A DNA stretch of 64,000 bases, taken from assembly GCA_965277625.1 (NCBI GenBank), contig OZ255827.1, positions 1,544,550 to 1,608,549 of the forward strand. The letters run 5' to 3'. The notes beneath the pieces are model-generated. The model had not been told where the DNA came from. It worked only from the letters and a program-made list of their open reading frames with translations, and did no database searches. The first letter of the stretch is position 1, and the number at the start of each line of letters is the position of its first letter. The position numbers and the translations under genes are program-made. This document shows positions 41,198 to 52,241 of the stretch, in pieces. This stretch comes from Gammaproteobacteria bacterium (GTDB lineage Bacteria; Pseudomonadota; Gammaproteobacteria; CAKMZV01).

Positions 41198-41970
41198 AAA
41201 TGCAGTGGAACTGGTACGGGACTTGGGTATTATTTAGAAAGGAAAATCTACGATTCTTAGAAGTTTCGTTGCAAACCATCTTTGCGCCCGTTATTACAGC
41301 CATTTTGTATCTGATCATATTTTTACCCATCGGCGACGACATGGCTAAATATTCAACTGGCTCCTATGATTACGGGCTGTTTTTAATCCCGGGATTGGCC
41401 ATGATGACGATTTTACAAAACGCTTTTGCCAATACTTCATCCAGTATGATACAGTCAAAATTTTATGGCAACATTCTATTTTTGCTGGTCGCCCCCCTTT
41501 CACCCATGGAAATTTATTTGGCCTTTGTTGGCGCTGCCGTCATTCGGGGGATTATTGTCGGCGTTGCCGTTTTTGCCTGTGGTTTTTTATTTTACGATGT
41601 GACTTTTGTTCATCCCTTTTATGCGTTATTTTTCTGCATTTTGTGCTCTGCTGTGATGGGGGCAATGGGCTTAATTGTGGGTATATGGGCAGAGAAATTT
41701 GACCATCTTGCCGGCTTTCAAAATTTCGTTTTGTTACCCATGACTTTTTTAAGTGGCGTTTTTTATTCGATCAGCAAACTCCCTCCTCTATGGCAAACCA
41801 TATCTCTGCTCAATCCATTTCTATACATGATTGATGGCCTTCGGTACACTGCATTAGGGGTGTCTGATCAGCCTTTTATTTTTGCCATAATCATGGTTTT
41901 GATATTCTTAGCCATCCTTACATTGTGGTGTTATTACATTTTGAAAAGCGGGTACAAACTTAGACAATAA
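41194..41970 (+). CDS. ABC-2 family transporter permease (YadH-like)
   Basis: 258 aa, six TM helices. Overlaps the upstream ATPase gene. Confidence 0.8.
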   Translation: MKMQWNWYGTWVLFRKENLRFLEVSLQTIFAPVITAILYLIIFLPIGDDMAKYSTGSYDYGLFLIPGLAMMTILQNAFANTSSSMIQSKFYGNILFLLVAPLSPMEIYLAFVGAAVIRGIIVGVAVFACGFLFYDVTFVHPFYALFFCILCSAVMGAMGLIVGIWAEKFDHLAGFQNFVLLPMTFLSGVFYSISKLPPLWQTISLLNPFLYMIDGLRYTALGVSDQPFIFAIIMVLIFLAILTLWCYYILKSGYKLRQ

Positions 41971-42019
41971 ACTACAATGTGTTTATATTATTTTAAACCG
42001 CTATACATTCCAATAAACT

Positions 42020-42247
42020 GTGCAATCTGAACAAATCATCCAAAAAATAAAAGCGCACATCGGTCAGTGTGAAATCATCGTCAATGGCTCCGATTGCAAT
42101 TTCAGTGTTGAAGTCACCAGTCCAAATTTTCAAGGCAAGAACACCTTGATGAGACATAGGATGGTGAATGCCGCTGTGGCTGATGACATTCAAAGTGGTG
42201 CATTGCATGCACTTTCCATCAAAACCTATACACCCGAAGAAAAATAA
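42020..42247 (+). CDS. ibaG: BolA family protein (IbaG/YrbA-like)
   Basis: 75 aa BolA-like protein between the mla/ABC genes and murA, as in E. coli mlaB-ibaG-murA. Confidence 0.65.
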   Translation: MQSEQIIQKIKAHIGQCEIIVNGSDCNFSVEVTSPNFQGKNTLMRHRMVNAAVADDIQSGALHALSIKTYTPEEK

Positions 42248-43542
42248 TGGATACTTTACTAATCAAGGGTGGCACACCTTTAAGTGGTGAAATTAAAATT
42301 TCTGGCGCAAAAAATGCTGTTTTGCCGATTATGATTGCCAGTTTACTCACCGATGAAACCCTAACAATCTATGGCTCGCCTTACTTAATGGATGTGACCA
42401 ATGTCATGCAATTATTGGCAGGCATGGGCGTCAGTCTCAGTTTTAATTATATTGACGAATCTGCCATCAGCATTAAAAATTCTTCGAAGATAAAAAATCC
42501 GCCCACAGAGATGGTCCGCCTAATGCGCGCTTCAATTCTAGCACTTGGTCCCATGCTCGCACGTTATGGTCAAGCAAAATTAACCATGCCTGGAGGCTGT
42601 GTGATTGGTGATCGTCCCATTGATGTGCACCTTAAGGGTTTAGAAGCGATGGGCGTTGATTTTAGCGAAAGTCATGGCGATTGGATCATTGGTAAAACTA
42701 AAAATAAACGCCTACAGGCTGCAGACATTCACCTCAGAACGGCATCCGTGACGGGCACAGAAAACCTGATCATGGCCGCAACCTTAGCAGAAGGCCAATC
42801 CATCCTCAGAAATACCGCCAAGGAACCTGAAATTGTTGACCTGGCCAACTGTCTAAATAAAATGGGTGCCAAAATTACTGGCCACGGGACCTCAACCATT
42901 AAAATTGAAGGGGTTGAGAAGTTAAACGGTACCAAATACACCCTCATGCCCGATCGAATCGAAGCCGCAACCTATTTGGTGGCAGCGGCCATAACAAGGG
43001 GCAAGATAAAAATTCACAATGTGGTCACCGAACACCTTAAACAAACAACAGATATGTTGAAAAAAGCAGGCGTGGACATCGTATTTGGTGAGGATTTTAT
43101 AGAAGTCGATGCGCGCGGCAAACAGCTTAAAGCCATTGATATAAAAACCGAGCCGTATCCTGGATTTCCAACCGATATGCAAGCACAGTTCATTGCTTTA
43201 AATGCCCTATCGCAAGGCGAGGGACGAATCACTGAAGAGGTTTTTGAAGGGCGCTTCCGTCATGTATCAGAACTTAAGAAGATGGGCGCAGACTTAACCA
43301 TTGAAGACAATGTGGTTATTTCTAGAGGCGTTTCCGAGCTTAATGGTACATTTATCACAGCCAGTGATCTACGGGCTTCAGCATCTTTGGTATTAGCTGG
43401 TCTAGTCGCTAATGGAGAAACGGTTATTCATCAAGTCCATCATATTGATCGCGGCTATGAGTTGATAGAAGAAAAGTTCCGCAAATTGGGCGCCAATATT
43501 TTTCGCTTGCACTCTGCTGAAAAACCGCCCGAGATAATCTAA
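42247..43542 (+). CDS. murA: UDP-N-acetylglucosamine 1-carboxyvinyltransferase
   Basis: 431 aa with the MurA pattern throughout (catalytic Cys loop LMPGGCVIGDRPID). Confidence 0.95.
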   Translation: MDTLLIKGGTPLSGEIKISGAKNAVLPIMIASLLTDETLTIYGSPYLMDVTNVMQLLAGMGVSLSFNYIDESAISIKNSSKIKNPPTEMVRLMRASILALGPMLARYGQAKLTMPGGCVIGDRPIDVHLKGLEAMGVDFSESHGDWIIGKTKNKRLQAADIHLRTASVTGTENLIMAATLAEGQSILRNTAKEPEIVDLANCLNKMGAKITGHGTSTIKIEGVEKLNGTKYTLMPDRIEAATYLVAAAITRGKIKIHNVVTEHLKQTTDMLKKAGVDIVFGEDFIEVDARGKQLKAIDIKTEPYPGFPTDMQAQFIALNALSQGEGRITEEVFEGRFRHVSELKKMGADLTIEDNVVISRGVSELNGTFITASDLRASASLVLAGLVANGETVIHQVHHIDRGYELIEEKFRKLGANIFRLHSAEKPPEII

Positions 43543-43544
43543 AG

Positions 43545-44180
43545 ATGGCAGATCAACAACCCATCGTCCTGGCGTTGTCTAAAGGACGGATTTTAGAACA
43601 AACCCTCCCACTCCTGGCAAAGCTAAATATTCACGTTGATGAAAACGTTGAGCAGACACGCAAGCTGCTGCTGAATACTTCGCAACCCAATATCAAATTG
43701 CTCATCTTACGCGCGACCGATACGCCAGTTTACGTCAAAGAAGGGGTCGCCGATATTGGCATCATTGGCAAAGACATTTTGCTCGAATCTGGCGGCGATG
43801 GATTGGCCGAATATATGGATCTAAAGATTGCTCCTTGCCGCCTGTGTATAGCGTCTCTTTGTGGTAAAAAACCCGATTCAACCACAAAAATAAGAGTGGC
43901 AACAAAATATGCTTTTTTTGCCCAAAAATGGTTTGCCGAGCAAGGCCAACCCGCTGAAATCATCAAACTGTATGGCTCAATGGAACTAGCCCCTTTGGTT
44001 GGTCTGGCAGATTACATTGTTGATATTGTCGAAACGGGCAATACGCTGAAAGCACACGGACTGAAGGTCGTTGAGGATATCTGCCCGATCAGCAGTCGCT
44101 TGGTGTTTAATCCAAATTCACAGAAGACCAAATCTAAAGCATTAAACGCATTGCTGGCACGATTTTCCGAACATAGTTGA
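43545..44180 (+). CDS. hisG: ATP phosphoribosyltransferase (short form)
   Basis: 211 aa short-form HisG motifs. hisD follows. Confidence 0.85.
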   Translation: MADQQPIVLALSKGRILEQTLPLLAKLNIHVDENVEQTRKLLLNTSQPNIKLLILRATDTPVYVKEGVADIGIIGKDILLESGGDGLAEYMDLKIAPCRLCIASLCGKKPDSTTKIRVATKYAFFAQKWFAEQGQPAEIIKLYGSMELAPLVGLADYIVDIVETGNTLKAHGLKVVEDICPISSRLVFNPNSQKTKSKALNALLARFSEHS

Positions 44181-44199
44181 TAAAACACGCGCATTCTCT

Positions 44200-45486
44200 A
44201 TGAAAGTGAAGCATCTAAACACAGAATCTTCAAATTTTGAAACACAGTTTGCCCAACTGCTGGCACGTGAAACACCCATTGTTCAAGGCATAGAAGCGAC
44301 CGTTAAAGACATCATTGCTGATGTAATCAAGACGGGTGATCAAGCGCTACTCAAATACACTCAACGTTTTGATGATTTTAAACCCGCAGCGCTTCGGGTT
44401 GATAAACAAACCCTTGTAGAAGCTGAGAAACAAGTCTCCAATGACTTACGCCACAGCATGTCACACGCCATTGAACGAATCACAGCCTTCCACCAAGCAC
44501 AGAAGCTTGAGGATTGGCATTATGTTGATGAAATTGGCGTGCATTTGGGGCAAAAAATCACCCCCATTGACCGCGTCGGCATCTATGTCCCTGGCGGCAA
44601 AGCCGCTTATCCTTCCTCGGTCATCATGAACGCCATCCCAGCAAAAGTGGCGGGCGTCAATCATATTTGCATGATGACACCCACCCCGAAGGGTGACCTC
44701 AATGAAGCTGTACTGACCGCCGCAAGCCTTTGTGGTGTAGATGAAATTTATACCATTGGGGGCGCTCAAGCCATTGCCGCTCTGGCTTATGGTACGGAAT
44801 CCATTGCAAAAGTGGATAAGATTGTCGGACCAGGTAATGCCTATGTGGCTGAAGCCAAACGTCAAGTGTTTGGTCAGGTGGGCATCGATATGATTGCAGG
44901 CCCATCAGAAATAACAATCATTACCGATGGCCAACTACCTGTTGAATGGGCGGCCATGGATTTATTCTCTCAAGCCGAACACGACGAGCTCTCGCAAGCC
45001 ATATTGCTCTGCCATGATGGGGATTATTTATTAGAATTAGAACAGACCATGCATCGTTTATTAGAGACCATGCCCCGCAAGTCAATCATTGAAACCGCCA
45101 TCACCCATCGTTCGGCTTTGATTCAAACCAAAGATTTGGCCGAAAGTATAGCATTGGCCAATCGCATTGCACCTGAGCACTTAGAACTTGCCATAGAACA
45201 CCCTGAAACACAACTTGAATACATTCAAAATGCGGGCGCCATCTTCTTGGGCATATTCACACCAGAAGTATTTGGCGATTATTGTGCGGGCCCTAACCAT
45301 ATCTTACCTACTTCAGCCACGGCTCGATTTTCTTCTCCGCTTGGTGTGCCCGACTTTCAAAAACGCAGCAGCGTTGTACAGTGCAATCAAGTCTCGGCAC
45401 AAAAACTCGCGCACACATCAATCACCCTCGCAGAACATGAGTCTCTCACCGCTCATGCAACTGCAGCACGTTACCGACTAAAATGA
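44200..45486 (+). CDS. hisD: Histidinol dehydrogenase
   Basis: 428 aa with HisD pattern (GPGNAYVAEAK, SQAEHD). Confidence 0.95.
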   Translation: MKVKHLNTESSNFETQFAQLLARETPIVQGIEATVKDIIADVIKTGDQALLKYTQRFDDFKPAALRVDKQTLVEAEKQVSNDLRHSMSHAIERITAFHQAQKLEDWHYVDEIGVHLGQKITPIDRVGIYVPGGKAAYPSSVIMNAIPAKVAGVNHICMMTPTPKGDLNEAVLTAASLCGVDEIYTIGGAQAIAALAYGTESIAKVDKIVGPGNAYVAEAKRQVFGQVGIDMIAGPSEITIITDGQLPVEWAAMDLFSQAEHDELSQAILLCHDGDYLLELEQTMHRLLETMPRKSIIETAITHRSALIQTKDLAESIALANRIAPEHLELAIEHPETQLEYIQNAGAIFLGIFTPEVFGDYCAGPNHILPTSATARFSSPLGVPDFQKRSSVVQCNQVSAQKLAHTSITLAEHESLTAHATAARYRLK

Positions 45487-46559
45487 ATGCCCGTGTTAAA
45501 GCTGTCATTCGCAAAGACATTCAATCTATAAGGGCGTACGAATCAAAGAATGCCAAAGGGTTGATTAAGTTAGATGCGATGGAAAACCCCCATGCCACAC
45601 CCCCTGAAATACTGAATGAATGGAAACAAAATATTGATCTACTTCAGGTAAATCGTTATCCTGACAGTGAAGCGACCGCCCTAAGAACCGCCATAGCGAA
45701 AAATCATCAATGTACCATTGATAACATACTGTTGGGCAATGGTTCTGATGAACTGATCCAGTTACTGATTCTTGCTTGTTGTGGCCCTAAGGACAAAGTG
45801 CTGTCATTTGAACCCAGTTTTGTTATGTACAAAATGGCCGCACTTTTTGCCTCTGTGGAATACTGCGCGATCCCTCTGACCAAAGATTACACCATTCCGC
45901 TTGAACAAACGCTTGAACAAATCAAACGTCATCAACCCAAACTCATATTTATCTCTCACCCCAACAACCCAACTGGCAATTTATTTGATTTGCCAACCAT
46001 TGAGGCCATTCTCCAGACAGCGCAGGGCTTGGTTGTCATCGATGAAGCCTATGCGCCCTTCTCTACCCACAGCTACTTAGATCAATACGCAGATTATCCC
46101 AACATTGTCATCTTGAGAACCTTGTCAAAAATAGGCTTTGCTGGATTACGATTAGGCTATGCCATTGCTCAAACGCCTTGGATCGTAGAATTGAATAAAG
46201 TCCGCATGCCTTATAACATCAACAGTGCCACTCAACATTTCATACAATCGTATCTGGTGAAGTCACAAACTTATGAAGATCAAATCGACGACATCATTAA
46301 AGCGCGCAGCGCTCTGAGTCAATCGCTTAATGAACTCGCGGTCGTTGCAACCGTCTATCCCAGTGAGACCAATTTTTTATTGGTGAAAATAAACCCCACA
46401 CATTGTGCAGAAAAAGTGTACCAACATCTCATAAACCAAGGTATATTGGTCAAATGTCTGCACCATATTCATCCCTTGCTCAAACAATGTTTACGCATCA
46501 GCGTGGGGCAATCTCATGAAAATAAAACACTCATCGACGCGTTGAAATGTCTGTCTTAA
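45483..46559 (+). CDS. hisC: Histidinol-phosphate aminotransferase
   Basis: 358 aa class II aminotransferase with the PLP lysine context TLSKIGFAGLRLGY. Confidence 0.9.
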   Translation: MNARVKAVIRKDIQSIRAYESKNAKGLIKLDAMENPHATPPEILNEWKQNIDLLQVNRYPDSEATALRTAIAKNHQCTIDNILLGNGSDELIQLLILACCGPKDKVLSFEPSFVMYKMAALFASVEYCAIPLTKDYTIPLEQTLEQIKRHQPKLIFISHPNNPTGNLFDLPTIEAILQTAQGLVVIDEAYAPFSTHSYLDQYADYPNIVILRTLSKIGFAGLRLGYAIAQTPWIVELNKVRMPYNINSATQHFIQSYLVKSQTYEDQIDDIIKARSALSQSLNELAVVATVYPSETNFLLVKINPTHCAEKVYQHLINQGILVKCLHHIHPLLKQCLRISVGQSHENKTLIDALKCLS

Positions 46560-47293
46560 CAAAATCCTTAGTGGATTACACCCACCAGCTGCTCAATTGT
46601 GATCAGATTGATGATTACTGCCCAAATGGGCTGCAAATTGAAGGCACCGCTGAAATCAAAACCATCATCGGTGGTGTTACCGCTTCTCAAGCATTGATTC
46701 AGCAAGCCATTGCCGCAAAAGCCGATGCCTTGCTCGTCCATCACGGTTATTTTTGGAAGGGTGAATCGGCGACCCTCACTGGGATAAAAGGACAACGCAT
46801 ACGACAATTGATTGAACACAACATCAATTTAATCGCCTATCATTTGCCCTTAGACATCCACCCAAAACTGGGAAATAACGCTGGACTTGCAGAACTTTTA
46901 GGCATTCATGATGAATCAGAAAATCCAAGCAGTTTATTAAGACTCGGATCCATTGAACCCTGTTCCATTGAACGATTGACCCAGCACATTCAACAAAAAT
47001 TAAATCGCCCACCTACCCATTTGCCTGGCGGCCAACAAACGGTCAAAACGATTGCGTGGTGCACAGGTGCTGCTCAAGATATGATTGAAGAAGCGGCCAG
47101 CCTCAATGCCGATGTTTTCATGAGTGGCGAAGTGAGCGAGCGCACGACTCATTTAGCACAAGAGCTGGGCATCCATTATCTGGCTTGTGGTCATCACGCC
47201 ACAGAAATATTTGGGGTTCAAGCCTTGGGTCAACATTGGGCTGAAAAATTTGATGTGTCATTCAAATTCATCAATATTGATAATCCCATATAG
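46547..47293 (+). CDS. Nif3-like dinuclear metal centre protein (YbgI/YqfO family)
   Basis: 248 aa. DYCPNGLQIEG...LLVHHGYFWKG motifs of the NIF3 family. Confidence 0.8.
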   Translation: MSVLTKSLVDYTHQLLNCDQIDDYCPNGLQIEGTAEIKTIIGGVTASQALIQQAIAAKADALLVHHGYFWKGESATLTGIKGQRIRQLIEHNINLIAYHLPLDIHPKLGNNAGLAELLGIHDESENPSSLLRLGSIEPCSIERLTQHIQQKLNRPPTHLPGGQQTVKTIAWCTGAAQDMIEEAASLNADVFMSGEVSERTTHLAQELGIHYLACGHHATEIFGVQALGQHWAEKFDVSFKFINIDNPI

Positions 47294-47320
47294 GGCAGAA
47301 ATCGCCAATCATTCAGCAAA

Positions 47321-48241
47321 ATGGATTCCAAACCCGTTCTAGATTATCTAAGCAATTTACAACAGCGATTCTGTCAAAGATTGGCCGCGTTTGAACAAGA
47401 ATCGTCTTTCAAATCAGACCATTGGCACAAAGCAGAGACTGAAACCTTGCAAGGGCATGGTCAGTCGAATGTATTGGAGTTTGGTCAAGTCATTGATAAA
47501 GGCGGGGTGAATTTTTCACACGTCTGGGGCAATCAGTTTCCAGCTTCAGCCACTCAAACTCGTACTGATTTGGTCGGATTGCCTTTTGAAGCCTTGGGCT
47601 TATCCATTGTCATTCATCCCAAAAACCCGATGATTCCCTGTTCTCATGCCAATTTACGCTTATTAATCAGTACTGACAAAGCCCATAAACCTGTGTGGTG
47701 GTTCGGTGGCGGCTTTGATTTGACGCCCTACTACCCATTTCAAGAAGATGTCATCCTCTGGCACCAAGCAGCCAAAACCGCCTGCCAACCTTTTGGCCAA
47801 TCTATTTACCCTTCGTTCAAAAAATGGTGCGATGAATATTTTTATCTGCCCCATCGTCATGAATGCCGTGGCGTGGGCGGGCTGTTTTTTGATGATCTGA
47901 ATCAAGCAAATCATGGCTGGTCTTTTGAAAAATGCTTTTCGTTCATTCAAAGCGTCGGCGAGACCTACCTTGAAAGTTATATGACCATTGTTGAAAAACG
48001 TCATAGGCTTGAATACACCGACGCCCAGAAAAAATTTCAACAATACCGCCGTGGTCGTTACGTCGAATTTAATCTGCTTTACGATCGAGGCACTTTGTTT
48101 GGCTTACAATCAAATGGGCGTACGGAAAGCATTTTGATGTCACTGCCCAATGAAGTTCATTGGCAATACAATTGGCAGCCTGAACCCATGAGTGAAGAAG
48201 CGAAACTCAATGATTTTCTCAAACCACAAGACTGGGTGTAA
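47321..48241 (+). CDS. hemF: Oxygen-dependent coproporphyrinogen III oxidase
   Basis: 306 aa with HemF motifs (GGGFDLTPYYPF, RRGRYVEFNLLYDRGT). Confidence 0.9.
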   Translation: MDSKPVLDYLSNLQQRFCQRLAAFEQESSFKSDHWHKAETETLQGHGQSNVLEFGQVIDKGGVNFSHVWGNQFPASATQTRTDLVGLPFEALGLSIVIHPKNPMIPCSHANLRLLISTDKAHKPVWWFGGGFDLTPYYPFQEDVILWHQAAKTACQPFGQSIYPSFKKWCDEYFYLPHRHECRGVGGLFFDDLNQANHGWSFEKCFSFIQSVGETYLESYMTIVEKRHRLEYTDAQKKFQQYRRGRYVEFNLLYDRGTLFGLQSNGRTESILMSLPNEVHWQYNWQPEPMSEEAKLNDFLKPQDWV

Positions 48242-48268
48242 AATATCTTCGATAATGCACACACCACT

Positions 48269-48757
48269 ATGAACAAACTTAGCCACCTTAATGAAGCCGG
48301 TCACGTGACCATGGTTGACGTCACGGATAAACACATCACTGATCGAAAAGCCACAGCGCACGCAAGCATTAAAATGCAGCCAGACACGCTCGAGCTTATT
48401 CAATCAGGTCAGCACAAAAAGGGCGATGTTCTCGCTTGTGCCCGCATTGCTGGCATCATGGCTGCCAAACAAACATCAGCCCTCATCCCCATGTGCCATC
48501 CTTTGATGTTAACATCCGTGCACATTGATTTAACGGCAGAACACAACGCTGATTTTTGTGGCATTCGAATTGTAGCCACCTGCACCGTCTCAGGTCAAAC
48601 CGGGGTTGAAATGGAGGCATTGACGGCGGCTTCAATCAGCGCCCTGACCCTTTATGACATGTGTAAAGCGGTCGATAGAGGCATGGTCATCGGCCCCATT
48701 CAATTGATAGAAAAACAAGGTGGAAATTCTGGACACTGGCAAATAGACAATGACTGA
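48269..48757 (+). CDS. moaC: Cyclic pyranopterin monophosphate synthase
   Basis: 162 aa. [16 protein letters not shown] and [23 protein letters not shown]. Confidence 0.9.
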   Translation: MNKLSHLNEAGHVTMVDVTDKHITDRKATAHASIKMQPDTLELIQSGQHKKGDVLACARIAGIMAAKQTSALIPMCHPLMLTSVHIDLTAEHNADFCGIRIVATCTVSGQTGVEMEALTAASISALTLYDMCKAVDRGMVIGPIQLIEKQGGNSGHWQIDND

Positions 48758-49346
48758 GGTCCTTGTTTGGTCGTTCTCGGCTTATCTGGTTGGTTCCATA
48801 GCCATTGCCGTTTTGGTTTCCAAAAGTTTTGGCTTACCCGATCCACGTGAGATGGGTTCGGGCAATCCTGGCGCGACCAATGTTTTGCGCACAGGCCATA
48901 AAAAAGCCGCGATATTGACTTTGATTGGCGACGCCCTAAAAGGATTCCTAATCATTTTGTTTGCTCAAGTTTTTGGCTATTTTGACCAATTTTATCTACT
49001 CGCCTTATTTCTTGCCGTCATAGTGGGTCATATGTTTCCCATCTTTTTTGATTTTAGAGGCGGCAAAGGTGTGGCCACCTTTTTTGGGGCACTGTTTGCC
49101 TGGGATATTTGGTCATTGACCGTGGCTTTTAGTGCACTGATTACCTGGCTTGTGAGTGTCAAAGTGCTCAAATATTCTTCGTTGGCGGCCATTATTTCAG
49201 TGTTTTTGACACCCCTTTATGCTTGGTTGTGGGGTTATCAAGATATAAACATCATTGCAGGGCTGGTGGTCATTGGTGCACTCATTACTTGGCGCCATAA
49301 AAATAACATCAAAGCGCTCATACAAAAAACCGAAACCAAGGCCTAA
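48750..49346 (+). CDS. plsY: Glycerol-3-phosphate acyltransferase PlsY
   Basis: 198 aa. [12 protein letters not shown] and KGVAT motifs. Confidence 0.9.
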   Translation: MTEVLVWSFSAYLVGSIAIAVLVSKSFGLPDPREMGSGNPGATNVLRTGHKKAAILTLIGDALKGFLIILFAQVFGYFDQFYLLALFLAVIVGHMFPIFFDFRGGKGVATFFGALFAWDIWSLTVAFSALITWLVSVKVLKYSSLAAIISVFLTPLYAWLWGYQDINIIAGLVVIGALITWRHKNNIKALIQKTETKA

Positions 49347-49415
49347 GCCATTCACCCAAGAAACGTGGCATAATATCAGCATTCAGCTTTAATCATTCAT
49401 TACAGGAGTCAAGCC

Positions 49416-50255
49416 GTGGAAAAATTACAGTCAATTATTGATCAAGCTTGGGAGAATAGAGCTCAGCTTGACCCAGCCGCGCCGCCGCAAGCAGTCAATG
49501 AAGCTGTGGAGCAGGTCATCCAATATTTAGACAATGGCACCCTAAGAGTGGCCGATCAACAAGGCGTTGGCCAGTGGCACGTCAACCAATGGGTCAAACG
49601 AGCCGTTTTGCTGTCGTTTCGCTTGCGTAACAATCGGGTCATGGCCACAGGTGATGGTCTGAAATTTTTTGATAAAGTAGAGAATAAATTCAATGAATGG
49701 GACGAAGCCCAATTCAAACAATCGGGTATTCGGGTGGTGCCCTCAGCGGTTGCCAGAAAAGGCTGTTATATTGCAAGCAATACGGTTTTAATGCCATCTT
49801 ATGTCAATATTGGTGCTTACATAGACAGTGGTACCATGGTTGATACCTGGGCAACTGTGGGTTCTTGCGCCCAGATTGGTAAAAACGTGCACTTATCGGG
49901 TGGCGTTGGCATCGGTGGGGTTTTAGAACCCATCCAAGCAGGTCCTACCATCATCGAAGATGGTTGTTTTGTCGGTGCGCGCTCAGAAGTGGTTGAAGGC
50001 GTGGTTGTTGAAAAAAATGCCGTCATCTCCATGGGCGTTTACATAGGTCAAAGCACCCGCATTTACGACAGGGAAACGGGTGAAATCAGTTATGGGCGCA
50101 TTCCAGCAGGATCCGTGGTTGTATCAGGAAGTTTGCCATCAAAGGATGGCTCTTACAGTTTATACTGCGCCGTCATTGTTAAAAAAGTGGACGATAAAAC
50201 CCGTTCCAAAGTGGGAGTCAACGAACTCCTGCGCTTAGCCGAATCTCAAACTTAA
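49416..50255 (+). CDS. dapD: 2,3,4,5-tetrahydropyridine-2,6-dicarboxylate N-succinyltransferase
   Basis: 279 aa with left-handed beta-helix repeats and DapD N-terminal domain. GTG start after AGGAG. Confidence 0.9.
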   Translation: MEKLQSIIDQAWENRAQLDPAAPPQAVNEAVEQVIQYLDNGTLRVADQQGVGQWHVNQWVKRAVLLSFRLRNNRVMATGDGLKFFDKVENKFNEWDEAQFKQSGIRVVPSAVARKGCYIASNTVLMPSYVNIGAYIDSGTMVDTWATVGSCAQIGKNVHLSGGVGIGGVLEPIQAGPTIIEDGCFVGARSEVVEGVVVEKNAVISMGVYIGQSTRIYDRETGEISYGRIPAGSVVVSGSLPSKDGSYSLYCAVIVKKVDDKTRSKVGVNELLRLAESQT

Positions 50256-50268
50256 TCAGACTCATACT

Positions 50269-51405
50269 ATGTTAGCCTTAGATATTACCAAAGAACTTGT
50301 TAAACGCCCTTCAGTCACGCCGAATGATAAAGGCTGTCAAGACTACCTTATTAGCCTGTTAGAACCCTTGGGTTTTAACTGTCAAACGCTTGTGTATGGC
50401 GAGGTCACTAATTTGTGGGCCACCCGAGGGTCGGGTGCGCCATTGCTCGTCTATTTGGGTCATACGGATGTTGTGCCTACGGGTGAGATTGACCAATGGC
50501 AAACCCCACCATTTGAACCCACTTTGATTGATCAAAAGCTGTATGGTCGTGGTACTGCTGATATGAAAGGGTCTGTGGCGTGTTTCCATGCCAGTCTGCA
50601 CGCGTTTTTAAAAAACCACAGTGACCACAAAGGCACCATCGGTGTTTTAATCACCAGTGATGAAGAAGCCATTGCCATTGATGGCGTTAAGAGAGTGGTT
50701 GAAGAACATTTCATACCGAATAATATTCACATCGATTATTGTTTGGTCGGCGAACCGACCAGTGAAAAAATCTTGGGTGATACCATAAAAAATGGTCGGC
50801 GCGGCTCTATGGACGGTCATCTAACCGTTTATGGCAAACAAGGCCATATTGCCTACCCGCATTTTTCCCTTAATCCCGTTGACCTCGTTGCACCCTTGAT
50901 CACCGAACTAACCCAAATTGAATGGGACCAAGGCAATGATGATTTTGAACCCACTGGCTTTCAAATTTCTAATTTACAAGCTGGCACTGGCGCCACAAAC
51001 GTCATCCCTGGTTCAGTGAAAATGGCTTTTAATTTTCGTTATAACACCGAACATACTGACGCTTCATTGAAGGCTCAAATTGAGGCGATTATTAACAAAT
51101 ATGGCTTAACTTACGATCTCCAATGGAAGCTGTCAGGCCCGCCCTATAGTGTGGCAAAAGATGGTGCCCTTGTCCACGCTTGCCAAAATGCGGGCGCTAA
51201 AATTTTTGGCATAACCCCAATGTTATCAACTTCAGGTGGCATTTCAGATGGTCGTTTTATTGCACCAATGGGTGCTGAAACGATTGAATTTGGGGGCTTG
51301 AGCACAACCATTCATCAGGCCAATGAACACATCGGTCTGGAAGAATTGGAAAAACTGTCCCTCGTTTATGAAAATATTCTTGAACAGCTGCTTTGCCCAA
51401 GCTAA
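50269..51405 (+). CDS. dapE: Succinyl-diaminopimelate desuccinylase
   Basis: 378 aa M20 peptidase (GHTDVVP, GRGTADMKG) directly after dapD. Confidence 0.9.
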   Translation: MLALDITKELVKRPSVTPNDKGCQDYLISLLEPLGFNCQTLVYGEVTNLWATRGSGAPLLVYLGHTDVVPTGEIDQWQTPPFEPTLIDQKLYGRGTADMKGSVACFHASLHAFLKNHSDHKGTIGVLITSDEEAIAIDGVKRVVEEHFIPNNIHIDYCLVGEPTSEKILGDTIKNGRRGSMDGHLTVYGKQGHIAYPHFSLNPVDLVAPLITELTQIEWDQGNDDFEPTGFQISNLQAGTGATNVIPGSVKMAFNFRYNTEHTDASLKAQIEAIINKYGLTYDLQWKLSGPPYSVAKDGALVHACQNAGAKIFGITPMLSTSGGISDGRFIAPMGAETIEFGGLSTTIHQANEHIGLEELEKLSLVYENILEQLLCPS

Positions 51406-52232
51406 GCATTGCTCAATGGCGGGCCCAAGCCCGCAAAAAATGTGGCCACATAATCGGTGATACGGCATTAGAGATAGACCTTATCATCAAGCATGTCTGT
51501 CAATTTAACGATGTTGAGTGTATTACCAAACAACAGGATTTACTGACAAATCTTCAATACCAGACGCTCGAGTCCTTGCTTCACAGACGTCTTCAGAATG
51601 AACCCATTGCCTATATCTTAGGTTTTGCTGAATTTTATGGGTTGAATCTATTTGTCGATGCCCGAACGCTCATCCCACGTTCAGATACCGAACCAATGAT
51701 AGATTGGTTGTTGGCCAATATACGCCTTAAATCCTCTCGAATTTTAGATTTGGGCACTGGCAGCGGTGCCATTGCCATTGCCTTAAAGACACACTTGCCC
51801 CAAGCTGATGTACACGCCATCGATTCAGACATTCAAGCCTTAGAAGTGGCCAAAAAAAATGCCAATCACCACCAATTAAACATCGAATTTCATCATCAAA
51901 ATTGGCTCAGTGATTGTCACGATCAATTTGATGTTATTATTGCCAATCCACCCTACATTGATGAAAATGATGGGCACCTAAAAGCTTTGACTTTTGAACC
52001 GCAACACGCTCTGATTGCCCAAGATCATGGACTTAAAGATTTAAAAACCATCATTGCCCAAGCCATGCCTTGCTTGAATAATCAGGGCTTGTTGCTTCTG
52101 GAACATGGCGAAAGCCAAGCAATTGACGTCATGCGTGCGTTGCAATTACAAGGATTTGATGCCATAGAAAATCATGTTGATTGGCAAAGTAAACCGCGGT
52201 TTTGTTCTGCCATCAAATGGGTGAACTGTTAA
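51393..52232 (+). CDS. prmC: Release factor glutamine N5-methyltransferase
   Basis: 279 aa. IPRSDTE, ILDLGTGSGAIA, IANPPYI. Confidence 0.8.
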   Translation: MPKLSIAQWRAQARKKCGHIIGDTALEIDLIIKHVCQFNDVECITKQQDLLTNLQYQTLESLLHRRLQNEPIAYILGFAEFYGLNLFVDARTLIPRSDTEPMIDWLLANIRLKSSRILDLGTGSGAIAIALKTHLPQADVHAIDSDIQALEVAKKNANHHQLNIEFHHQNWLSDCHDQFDVIIANPPYIDENDGHLKALTFEPQHALIAQDHGLKDLKTIIAQAMPCLNNQGLLLLEHGESQAIDVMRALQLQGFDAIENHVDWQSKPRFCSAIKWVNC

Positions 52233-52241
52233 AATAGCCCC